DNA of 63,000 bases, counting the filler. It is 3 parts of 3 records of this genome, joined end to end, with 100 filler letters (N's around TTAATTAATTAA, not from the genome) between each part and the next. Parts side by side here need not be neighbours in the genome. Positions count along the whole stretch, not along the records: positions 19,348 to 48,090 come from SRR20825019_1521; 2 more parts are not named here. One strand, 5' to 3'. A program made the position numbers and the translations under genes. Every line of letters begins with the position of its first letter. The first letter of the stretch is position 1. The notes beneath the pieces are model-generated. The model searched no databases. It saw only the letters and a program-made list of their open reading frames with translations, and was not told the origin of the DNA. Shown here one piece after another: positions 29,989 to 40,795 of this stretch.

Positions 29989-32768
29989 TCATTCCATAAG
30001 TTTGTCCCATGTATCGAAAGCATCGAAGAACTCCTCTTCATTTCCGCGGAGATTGCGTTTGTTCGACTCTTGAGATTCAAACGTGCTTCGTGGTGTGGAG
30101 AATTCTTCTTCACGTTCTTCACTTGGACTGCCGCTATCTTCAGTTGGATTGTAGCTTCGTGGGGTGAAGAATTCTTCGTCATTTCCACTGTTGTCACGGA
30201 TGAAACTGGTGTCAATATGGGGGCGGGAAAGGTGTTGAGGAGTTGAAATTATCCCTGACGGACGCTTAATCTTAAACTGGCCCGGCTCGCATTCAGGACA
30301 ATTCTCAATGTTCTCTGCATAGGCATATTTCTTCAATGGCTTCAACGTTTCATCGTCGCCTGCAACCATCCCTTTGGCGAACTTTTTGACAGCGGGCCCA
30401 ATAAACCAAGGAGTATGCGAACTGAAGACAAGTATGTCAAAGCCAAGCTCATTAAATTGCACGATGGCTTACTAGAGGAAGTTCACGCCCCCTTTCAAAT
30501 ATGAAGGCAACTTTGCCATTCCGTATCCCTGGATGCCGTCTGAGTTGCCTTCGGGACCTACAACCATGCTGAGGGCTCCCTTGCGTGTAAGCACCACCAT
30601 AGGGCCTTTGTATTAGAAATAATGTCAGTATTCATCGAAATCCAAGGCCGTAGTGCAACATACCCATATTGCCATACGAGGTGCTCCAAGGGAAGGATGG
30701 TATTGGATCATTTTGCAAAGCAAAACGGATCATGCGGGACACAGTGCTCTCAGCATGCTTGTCGAAGAACCAGTCTCCAACCCTTGGGGATCCAATTGTG
30801 ATGGTATCCACCGGAATTCCCCGTGAGGGTCGGTGGCTGGCCATATCGACAGCAGCCAACTGCGCGAGCATTCCTCCCATCGAATATCCATTGAATATAA
30901 CTCGCGGAATGCGCCCGTACTTCGATGAAATCTGATGCAAGTCTTTTCTAATATGATCACGAAGAAGATCCCAGTACTGGACAGCTCCCTCATGACAAGA
31001 GAAATCCTTCAAAGTCGCTGCGTACAACAAAACTGAATAAAAGAACATGAATCGTGGGAATCACATACCTGGGCAATCCACCATGTTCGAATGGTAGACA
31101 ACGCGGTGGAAACCGTTCTCGAGGCCGACGATTGCAGCAGTCATCACGGATGCCATATCCTTGAATGAGGATTTGAACGATTGGGATATGATATTGAAAA
31201 GCAGATGTGATAAGGGGCCCATGAGATTCTCGGACCCTCTGAAGGTGACATAAACTACGCCAGTCTGATAGATAGCACCATGAGTACAGATGATGCAAAT
31301 CAGCAAGACTCGCTTACCACTACATCTCTCCAAACATGAGCACGAACAAAGGCCAACATCTCTTCTGCAAACCCAAAGGTATTGGCAGAGTGATCCTTGA
31401 CAAGTTCAAGGGGATTGGGATGGAACTCTGGCTTCATCTGCATTCCAGGAGCGAATGTCGCGTCCTTCTCGTAACCTTCCTCCCCTTCTTGCCGAACTCT
31501 ATGCTTTTTCGGAACATGAGCTCTGGGGTCTGTATACGCTTTCGCATTCAATATCCAAATGGTGTGGAGCTCCCGTGCGTCCGCAACCTGTGCATCATTT
31601 GTGTTCAGGTCATTATCAAATGCTGAGGGGAGAGTCAGACGATATCTGGATTGGAATAATTGCAACAGGAACATACGATTATCTCCAGTTCCATCACCCT
31701 CTTCAGTGTCTATGGGGCCCCCGACCTCCGTATCATCGTGATGCTGATCCACCATACTCGGGCGTGTCGCATCCTCCACGGCCAAGGGCAATGGCCCCTT
31801 CCGAGAGAAGATTTCCGATGCCGAGTATATAGAAAGCTTCTCCATGGCCTCATGAGGAGAATCCCCAGAATAGCCCATGGTATACAACAAGTCGTAAGCC
31901 TCTTCCGCGAAGTCCTCACTCGAAATGATCCCATCCTCAAGAATAACATTTTTCTCCGTGTCCGGGGGGTTATGTTCAAGTTTCGTATAATGATTCCAAA
32001 GAGTTGGGAATCTGTTCTCCCAGGCCTTCTGCAGCATCTGCCATGACTGTGTGAATACTGATCCGATCAATGAAATACACACTTACCGTCTCATCCATGC
32101 GTGTGGTCACAACACTACCACCTCCAGGAATAGCAACTGTCCTCTCGTCCGTTGGATCCTTCGCTGACTCGGCAGCAGCTGCGAATTCTTCCTTCGTGCT
32201 ATCCCTTCGAGCCACGACTCCATCGTTATCTGAAACTTCAACGAAAGGTCGGTCCTTATTTTTCTCTGCGACTTCGGCGGCTTCTTCCGCATATTCAGGC
32301 TTTCACACGGAGTAAATACATTTCAAGAGAACGCGGCAGCAACACATACTCTTGCGCCAAGCATATTCAAGGCCCCGTTCACTAGCTTCTCGAATGGATT
32401 GATGCCGAGGAACCTTGACCGATATGAGGTTGGTTCCTCGCGCTCAGAAGAAAACTGCAAAAGTGGTGAGGAAGTGCACACGAAACGTCCCAAACCAGAC
32501 ATACCTCGCAGCCAAGGAGGGCGCCTTTCGAGTTCTTCTTCTTGAGCTGGACAATCTGCCCTCCGCAAGAAGTACACATGCAGCTCTTATAACCCGCTTG
32601 GGCTGACTTGGCCCGGAAGGCAAAATCCTCAACCTCAACGTTGCTACACTCCAAGGGGTCCCAGTTGGAGTTATATTCGTCTTCGCACATGGTCGCATGG
32701 CTCTCGCCAAACGCCAACACTAGCAGTGCAATCGATACAGCAAGGCGGAACCCTTTGAATCGCGCCAT
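29989..32768 (-). CDS. Secreted class-3 lipase with a long N-terminal extension (multi-exon)
   Basis: Signal peptide; VTFRGSE, GYSMGG, TIGSPRVGD, DPIP, and a spliced YSH (putative catalytic His). About 7 GT-AG introns link the track ORFs. Confidence 0.82.
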
Positions 32769-33049
32769 GGTGCATGGGTGTGAAGCATACTAAGCATATG
32801 ATATAAATACCTTACAACTCAACAGACGCCGAAAGTACTGAGGTTACCTCCAGCCCCTCCGTCAAGATGCTCTGTTTCGTAGCAAAACTCTACCAGCTTA
32901 CCCGTAACAGGCATGACACAATCGCTGAGTGTGGTAAGCGACGGAATGCCGAGCGGACATCAACGCCCCACCTCGCCAACGACCGCTCTGGCGATCGGGT
33001 GCCACCAACAGACAAGGAGCCGAGGTGACTATACCCGATGAATAGGCAC

Positions 33050-33660
33050 AGCCCTCCCTCTACCCGCCACTGCCACAACGCTCGAAGGCGAGCCAGCCGC
33101 CTCACTCGCTGAGTCCGTGCCCCGCTCTCATCAGTGAGTGGCTGACGAGTGGTCGTGAAAAGGCGTCCTGGGCAGTGACCGCCATCACTACCAGTCCGTG
33201 CTCGGTCCGGTCGGCCGGGCGGCCGTCGCGGCGCGCCTGCCGGCGCGACGGGCCGGTCAGCGCCCCGCGGACTCGTCCGTTCGGATGAGTAGACTCGAGC
33301 TAGTACGGTAGACTGTGAAGTACGGGCAGGGTACGGCGATACCCCTCTCTCTTCGCCGCATGATAGACCCTACGCATCGGAACCCCCCCTCGAGCAGTCT
33401 ATGATTCTTTCGGGTTCGATCCCGTGGTCTGCGCCGCCGGCCGCCAACCGCCGGGGCGGCGGCGCCGCGCCAAGCCGTGGGGGGGGGGGGGCGCGGGCGC
33501 GGCCGGCGCGCCGCCGGGGGCCGGCCGGGGGGGCCGCCCGGCCCGGCCGCCGCCGGCGGGGCCCGGCAACTTGGCCGACGGACGTGGGTGAACCCGGGGC
33601 CCGCTTTCGCCTTCACGCTATAACTGTGCCGGTGCTCGCGATATTGACTGCTGGCTGACC
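33050..33660. promoter_or_regulatory. GC-rich island / probable bidirectional promoter (lipase | MBOAT)
   Basis: Nearly pure G/C at 33430-33570, including a G12 run. Confidence 0.55.
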
Positions 33661-33705
33661 AGGGGTGAATCAGCCTCGCGGCTGTGTGGCCATTCAACAG
33701 CGCCG

Positions 33706-35876
33706 ATGGGAGTCAGAGAGTCTTCCTCTCCTGCGCCCACCACCTGGCAGCTGATGACGAGGCCCCATGTCATATTCTTTTTGTTGCCTTTAGCCGTGAC
33801 TGTCTATACAGCAATATTTGTGGTGGTGGCCTTAAGAAGTGACGAGCTTTCCATGCGGAACTCAAAGCCTGAAGGTAGTAGTGCCTCACAAAATAATGCT
33901 GTCAGTAGTGTTTTATTGATTTATCGCAGTTTTTGGATTGTACCGTGGATGGTTCCTGGGTCGTTTTGTAGATTTAAAGGATCTTCAATGGCGCTCCTTT
34001 CGGGAACAAATGCCTTTGCTTCTGGTTTCAATACCTCTACACCTATACTTTTCCTCCTGGGTAAGAAAGACCACAGTGTAGTCAGTTCAACATCTTATGC
34101 GACTTAGGCAACGAAAACCTTTGGAACGAAAGGGCGGCTGGGGTCCACTGCTTTAGTCTCCGCAAGCTTGTTTATCCTGCTGTTCGGAATATACTCTGTT
34201 CATATGGCGGCAGTATGCTCAGCAAGTTTCGTCCTCACTCGGGTTGTACCATCACACATGTGTGTTATTATGGTGTGGGTTCTGGTCATCTCCGTGCTGT
34301 TAGTGAACGAATGGTTCGTTGTGACTCAGCCATCATATCTCGATATTGATGTTCTTCCAGGACACAGGGATTGTCAGCGGCTTATTTTATGGGTAACGCG
34401 TATCTGTGGCTTGAAGAGTGGCCATATGGAGGCTTATTGCGATGGAATCTAGCGTTCAAATTCGTATTGCTGCGATTAGTGAGCCACGCCTCCGATCGCT
34501 TTTATGAACTCCATGACGGCAATGGTATCCAAGCAGATACCCTCGCGACACATGGGCTGTGCAATGACTGCACCTCATCTGGCGAGTGTCTAAGGGAGCG
34601 GGAGAGTACTCACAGGGTATGCCACTTCGACCTTATCTGCCTCTGATATACTGATGCCATCTCTCCAGCCTCGAGAAGAATACGAGTCGGCGCTGATGTT
34701 TTTTTCCTACGTATTTTATGCCCCCTTGCTTGTTGCAGGCCCGATATGCTCTTTTAATTCATGGGCATCACATCTCCATCGTCCCCAAGCCACCCACGAC
34801 CGTCGCGCGTTAGCGTTTTTGGCTGCGCGCTTTGTTGCCAATATTGTTTTCTTGGAGATTCTGCTACATACAGTGTACTGCTTTTCTATCGCCAAAGCCG
34901 GAACATGGAGGGTGCGCTTATATACCCTGGCGGGTATCATCACGATTGTCTCTAACTGGCATGGCAGATGTTTCGCCCTCTTCAACATGGCGGCTATTGT
35001 TTGCTGAGCCTTCATCTTATGTACCAAAAAGTACGTCTTGGGTTCATGTCGTACATGGTAATCCCCTTACTTTCTGCTCTTTTCGTCGCAGTTCTTGGTT
35101 ATGTGGTCTTTGTTTAGGCTTTGGGCGCTACTTGATGGCATCGAGACATACGCAAATCTATCGAGATGCATAGTGGACTGCACAGGAATTGAAGACTTTT
35201 GGAAGCACTGGCACAGATCTTTTAACAAATGGCTAGTTAGATACCTGTACATCCCTTTGGGTATATGTAGCTTTTGTAAGTTTTCATGGGGTCCTGAAAT
35301 TCTCTTTCAGGGGGGAATCGAAAAGGATTTCTACGGAAGTACTTCAATGCTGTCATTGTCTTCGTGTTTGTAGCCATATGGCATGATGTGCACAACCAAC
35401 TGGGAGTGTGGGCTGGTGTTATCCTTGTCTTTCTTCTCTTTGAGGTATGACTGTTCCTGTTGATGGTCATTGTGGCGGCCTTGATGTCATCACTGAGCAT
35501 GCCTTAATGATTAGGGCTTGGCGATACGTCTCATTTCTATGTTGCAATATGTACCTACTCTTTATCGATTCTCGCGAATCCTGCTCACTACAGTGACAAT
35601 GATTGGACTTATTGTGGCGAACGTGGCCGGATTTCTGGGAGGTACCACGGAGCTCCGCTGGCTGGTCCGCGAATTCAGTGAAGAGAACTTTCCTGAAGAT
35701 GTAAGCGCTGCAGTGTGAAGCGACATGTTGTGGAGGCAGTTGTGGAGGCATTGACACTGTTCTTGTAGGTAATCGTGGCGTTTGTCCTGGTTGGCCTAAA
35801 TGCCTGGTTCATCCATGACTTGCGCGAATGGCAACAGGAACGTGCCAGTATGAGTCGAGTAGGCAAAAGTGTTTGA
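33706..35876 (+). CDS. GUP1/HHAT-like membrane-bound O-acyltransferase (multi-exon)
   Basis: Spliced GWFLGRFVDLKDLQWRSFR, LLRLVS, YVFYAPLLVAGPI, FWKHWHRSFNKWLVRYLYIPLG and FVAIWHD; stop at 35874-35876. Confidence 0.85.
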
Positions 35877-36173
35877 CGAAACAGTTAGAGACACTAGCGG
35901 CAATGAGACAACAATATGGTCATGGGAAGGTTTATTATACGTCCCTACACGAGACGTATACACTCACCATCGCAAATGAAACACAAAGCCTCCATGCCTT
36001 CACGTCGCTTTCGTTGTTGCAACAAAACGAGGAAGGGAGGATATGCATTGCGAGGAAGCCTAATAAATAATGAGAGAATGAACGGTGCATTCGACGGAGA
36101 AACAGACGGGAGGGAAAATGTCTGCAAGATATCCTGATACATGTTCAACATGTACCAATGGATTATGAAAAGC

Positions 36174-37646
36174 TTAGTGGAACACCAAGAATGGGTGTTT
36201 CAGAACGTGCTCCAGAGGCGGACGCTTGCGTTGATCCACGACGAGGATCGACTGGATGAAGTCCTTCACCAATGAAGACATATGACTGGGATATGTCAGA
36301 GAAACATTAAGAATCTTCTGGTGGACCTCCTTCTTCTCCTTTCCTTCGAAAGGAGGAGATCCGGTGCAGAGCTCATACGCAAGTACACCGACGCACCACA
36401 CGTCGATGCCGAACGAGTGCTCTTGCTTGTTGACCATTTCAGGAGCCAAGTAGTCGAGAGTCCCGCAGGAGGTCTTGGGGCGCGACGAAGAAGTGTCAAC
36501 AGCCCATCCGAAGTCAGCAATCTTGATGTTGTCGTCCTTGTCCCTGAGGATGTTCTCGGGCTTCAAGTCGCGATGAATAATGCCCATGCTGTGCAAGTAC
36601 GAGAGCGCGTCACAGATTTGACGAATGTAGCGCGAAACAGTTTCTTCCGGCACGCGCTGGCGACGCTTAACAAGCTGGAAGAGCTCTCCACGGCAGGCGT
36701 ACTCCAGGATCATGTAGAGATGATTGCCTGACTCGAAATAACCGTACAGGCGCACAATGTTGGCATGCGAGATCCTGCGGTGAATATCTATCTCGCGAAG
36801 AACATGAAGCTTCATCGACTTGGACTTATTGATTTCATCAAGATTTAGCTGCTTCAGGGCGACAGTAATCCCAGGGTGGCCTTTAAGGTTGGCTTGGTAG
36901 ACAGTTCCATACTTTCCTGCCCCAAGTTTGCGGCCAAGCTCAAACATTTCCAACTTCCAGTCCTTGCGCTTCAATGGGGTTGGTGTCTTATTGCCTGAAG
37001 AGGTAGAATGTTTCTCAACGGAACCCCGGGAGTTGCTGACTGGCGTCTTATTGAAGCCGAGTGGGGCGCCAGGCATGTTGCTTGAAGGAGGCCGTGACCT
37101 GCCAGAAGGAACAGTCACAGGACTTATGCTCGAGCTCTCAATGCGAGCGGACTGTTGAGAAGAAGTGGAGGCAGGAGAAGTCCTTTCGTTCGCGAGAGGG
37201 GATGGGCAGGGGGATGGCAGAGTATTGTTGGACTGAGACTTCGTTTGCTTTGGCGGTGTGCGCATATGTTTTGATGCGTCCACAATTTCGTCCATACTAC
37301 GCCTACCCTTCCCCAAATTACTATGTTCCAAAGCTGTCAAGCTCCGCTCAGAGGACGTCCGATGCATCCGGTTGTACGGGCTCTTGCCGCCAGAGAGAGG
37401 GGGATGAGGCAAAGGGGATGTTTCGCCGGTCAATGTGTTTACACTGAGACCAGGAGAACGGTTTGCCAAACGCCCCCCCACGCTATCAATAGGCTGAAAG
37501 CCATTCTTCATATTACGGTTTGTTATAGGTGAGCTCGGGCTGGTCCGGCTTTCGGATACCCTCTCGAGCTTCGACTTCATAAAATCATCGCGCTTGCGCC
37601 CAGGCGCCACAGGTTTGAAAGAAGACATTTTCTGAACGCCAAGCAT
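36174..37646 (-). CDS. Aurora-like Ser/Thr kinase, apparently intronless
   Basis: W+LEMFELGRKLGAGKYGTVY, REIDIH, RLYGYF, HRDLKPEN, ADFGWAV and CGTLDYLAPEM; long S/P-rich N-terminus. Confidence 0.9.
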   Translation of the reverse strand: MLGVQKMSSFKPVAPGRKRDDFMKSKLERVSESRTSPSSPITNRNMKNGFQPIDSVGGRLANRSPGLSVNTLTGETSPLPHPPLSGGKSPYNRMHRTSSERSLTALEHSNLGKGRRSMDEIVDASKHMRTPPKQTKSQSNNTLPSPCPSPLANERTSPASTSSQQSARIESSSISPVTVPSGRSRPPSSNMPGAPLGFNKTPVSNSRGSVEKHSTSSGNKTPTPLKRKDWKLEMFELGRKLGAGKYGTVYQANLKGHPGITVALKQLNLDEINKSKSMKLHVLREIDIHRRISHANIVRLYGYFESGNHLYMILEYACRGELFQLVKRRQRVPEETVSRYIRQICDALSYLHSMGIIHRDLKPENILRDKDDNIKIADFGWAVDTSSSRPKTSCGTLDYLAPEMVNKQEHSFGIDVWCVGVLAYELCTGSPPFEGKEKKEVHQKILNVSLTYPSHMSSLVKDFIQSILVVDQRKRPPLEHVLKHPFLVFH

Positions 37647-37719
37647 TTAAGCTGAAGCGTCACAGGTGATGAACTACAAATAATTCCAATAATTCCGACC
37701 CAATAATTATTGGATTACT

Positions 37720-38160
37720 GCCGCGGGCGGCGTCAGTGGGTGGCCAACCTCAGGCATAAGTGGGCTGCGGGGGAGCCGCTGGGGGCTGGTGTGCGGGACG
37801 AAAATGGATGTCTATGTTTAGCTGGCCCACGTTGGCGAGGGGGGCTCGGTCCAGCGCTCACGCGAATCGCGAACACGGACCCGTCTGACCTGACCAGCGT
37901 GCCCACCCAGCGGCGACCTCGATCCCCGACCCCGCCACGGCCGGCACCGCAGTCCGACTCGGATCGCCGAAGCCGATGATTTCGCCATGCGCACGGCATT
38001 CTTGCGTGAACGACGACGTCTCTCAACCAACTTGGGCATCATCGACGAGGGGCCGACTGTCCTCGATCGACTCCCCAAATTAGGAAACAAAGGCCGTGCC
38101 GAATCGCCTTGGCGTCCCTGAGCCGCTGGGGCCCCTGAGGCCCAGTCGCAGCTGTCCACG
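37720..38160. promoter_or_regulatory. GC-rich island, part of the Aurora | AIFM3 divergent region
   Basis: GC-rich DNA with no credible ORF; a second patch lies at about 38490-38600. Confidence 0.5.
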
Positions 38161-38789
38161 TACATGGTTCAGAATTTCAGCGCTGGCATAGACTGCGCTC
38201 GCATTGGAGCCGAGCCAAAAAAAGGGTTATATAATTAGACCTACGCAGGCCAAACTCAACTAGCTCGGTTCAACATCAACGTCCCTCACTTTGCGCGGGA
38301 GGTTCAATCACGGTTCAACGTCTAAACCACTCGTTAAGTTTTGTAGGCGAATCGTGGCTATGCGCGGTGGTGGAAGTCACGGTGGAAAAAGTTCGGAATC
38401 ACGCACGTCTTTTCGGGGTTTGCAACTTTAGTAGAGCATGACCCGAATCATCAACAAATTCTATCGGTTAACCTCTTGTGGAGTTCGAGGATGGGGCCGG
38501 GACCGTGGTGGGCACTCGGTGCACGCTGCCGCCGCTCATCCGCCCCCCGTCCTGCCGCGAACTGACGCCACCGGCGCGCTCACGCGGCGCCGACCGAGGT
38601 GGGTTGTGAGGATGCCGTGCATGGACATGCCACAATCCACGCATAGTACCTTGCCATGTGATCTCCCCCAGACGACACCCAGCAGTTAGGCACTCGAGCA
38701 TCAAACCCATGCTGCATAGCCTCGAGCTGTGGACGGTGTGCATATAATTATTTTCGCTGATCCTTCTCGAAGCGCTTTAGAGACTTAAC

Positions 38790-40676
38790 ATGGGAAACGC
38801 CTTTGGTAAGAAAGACGACACGAAATCCGAGAATCCCGTTCGCTTGGTTGATGGCGGAGATCTCAACGAGCTTCCCCGAGGCACGATGAAAGAGGTCGAT
38901 GTTGGCGACAACAATAAAGTTCTCCTTGTTCATACCGAGAACGGAGACTTGGCAGCGACCTCGCACAAGTGCCCCCACTACGGCGCCCCGCTTGTAAAGG
39001 GTTCTCTGTGTGGCGACCGGGTCCTATGCCCGTGGCATGCTGCCGGATTCTCGGTGAAGACCGGTGACATTGAAGATGCGCCCTCTTTGGACTGCCTTCA
39101 CTCTTTTGACGTCACCTGCAAGAATGGCAAGGTGAATATCAAGGTCCCAGAGAAGTTCCCTGAGTCCCACAAGCGAGTTCCGGACTATGCCTACTTTGAC
39201 AAGAACGACGCAAATCTTCACTACGTTGTCTTGGGAGGTGGTGCTGCGGGGGCGGTGGGTGCGGAGACACTCCGCCAGGCTGGCTACCAGGGTAAGATTA
39301 CGTTGGTGTCCAACGAGCAGTACCTCCCATATGACAGAATCAAGTTGAGCAAGTCTCTTAGCGGCACACCCCAAATCCTCCGCAGCGCGGAGTATTGGAA
39401 GGAACTTGACGTCGAGGTGCAGTTGAACAAGGAGGCTACAGAAGTGAACGCAAAGGAGAAGACGATCGCTTTTGCTGACGGATCGACGATGAAGTACTCG
39501 AAGCTACTGTTAGCCACAGGAGGTAATGCCCGCCGCCTTCAATGCGAAGGTCATGACCTGGAGAATATTTTTACCCTGCGCAATCCCGGGGATGCTTCGT
39601 CAATTAACGCTGCCTCTAATAGCGCCAAGAATGTGGTTGTGGTGGGATCGTCTTTCATCGGAATGGAGGCTGCTGTGTATCTGAAGGGTACGAAGAAGAT
39701 GGATAATGTGATTGTTGTTGGCATGGAAACCGTCCCGTTCGAGCGCGTGCTTGGCGCCGACATCGGTGCCCACATGCAGTCATTCCACGAGTCGCATGGG
39801 GTGGAGTTCAGGTGAATGAGTTAGTTATGTTGGCGTGATTCAAGCATTGATTGTTTATGTTTAGAATGAAGCGAACCGTGAAGAAGTTTGTGGGAACTGG
39901 AGATGGTAAGGTGAAGGCTGTCGTGTTGGACAACGATGAGGAGCTGCCTTGTGATATCGTTGTCGTTGGCGCGGGTATCATTCCTGCTACCAGCTTCGTG
40001 AAAGGAGTCACTCTTGGTCGTGATGGTGCGTAACATTTTGTAGAGGTGTTTCTTTGTGATATTTGTGTTGATGATTACAACGTCATTGCGTGATATCATA
40101 CGTGAATGCTACATATCTCTAAGAAGCCCTGAAACACAACAATATTTTCTCTCAGTTGTTTTATTCTTTCACCCATCACCTGAATACTTAATATTGACTT
40201 GGTGTACTCCAGGAAGCATCGAGGTGGACGAACATTTGAAGTGTCCGGAGGTCGACGACCTTTATGTGGCAGGTGACATCGCCAGGTTCAAATACTGGCA
40301 TACTGAGCAGAGCATTCGTGTTGAACACTGGGACGTTGCTCAGCAAATGGGTCGTGTCGCGGCTAAGAACATGGCCGGTCAGGTTGAGGCATACAAAACT
40401 GTTCCATTCTTTTGGACTGCTCAGTGGGGCAGCAATCTGCGCTACGCCGGAAATGCGATGTCGTGGGACAGCATTCTCATTAAGGGCGATATGAAGGCAA
40501 ACAAATTCGCTGCGTTTTTCTGCACTGGCAGTAAGATTACTGCTGTGGCTACCATGGGAACAGATCCGGTTGCAGTCACGGTCAGTGAACTGATTCGGAC
40601 CAAGAGAATGCTGTCTAAAGACGAAGTGGAGCGTTTGGATGATGTTACCACCATCTCGTCCTTCTTGAAGAAATAG
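38790..40676 (+). CDS. AIFM3-like Rieske + FAD/NAD oxidoreductase (introns 39812-39864 and 40026-40212)
   Basis: Rieske CPHYG...CPWH, GGGAAG, PYDRIKLSK, ATGG, GDIA, IRVEHW and PFFWT motifs; N-terminal MGNAFGK. Confidence 0.9.
40063..40139 (+). ncRNA. Intronic box C/D snoRNA, SNORD61/U61-like
   Basis: C TTGATGA 40068, guide CTCTAAGAAGC 40117-40127 (anti 18S GCUUCUUAGAG), D CTGA 40129, TTGTG/CACAA terminal stem; lies in the 187-nt intron. Confidence 0.85.
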
Positions 40677-40795
40677 GTACCTAGCATCTGCGTGGCTTCA
40701 AACTGGAATGGCCGTAGTGTTTTACTACTGCGAAGTGCCTCTTTCATTTCTGCCTACATGGCCACTGTCACGTTCATAAAACGTAGAATTTGGAT

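Noticed and set aside
32455-32503. LLQ pro-peptide motif in the lipase (track ORF 32323..32577)
   Set aside because: It is the translated polypyrimidine/CAG acceptor of an intron.
20195-35876. Frameshifted pseudogenes or programmed frameshifts in CAR, MSH5, TMEM17, lipase and MBOAT
   Set aside because: The frame changes I checked are bridged by short GT...AG introns that restore conserved motifs.
38220-38430. Telomerase RNA template or U4atac
   Set aside because: There is no 1.5-repeat telomeric template and only a short, loose resemblance to the U4atac 5' end.
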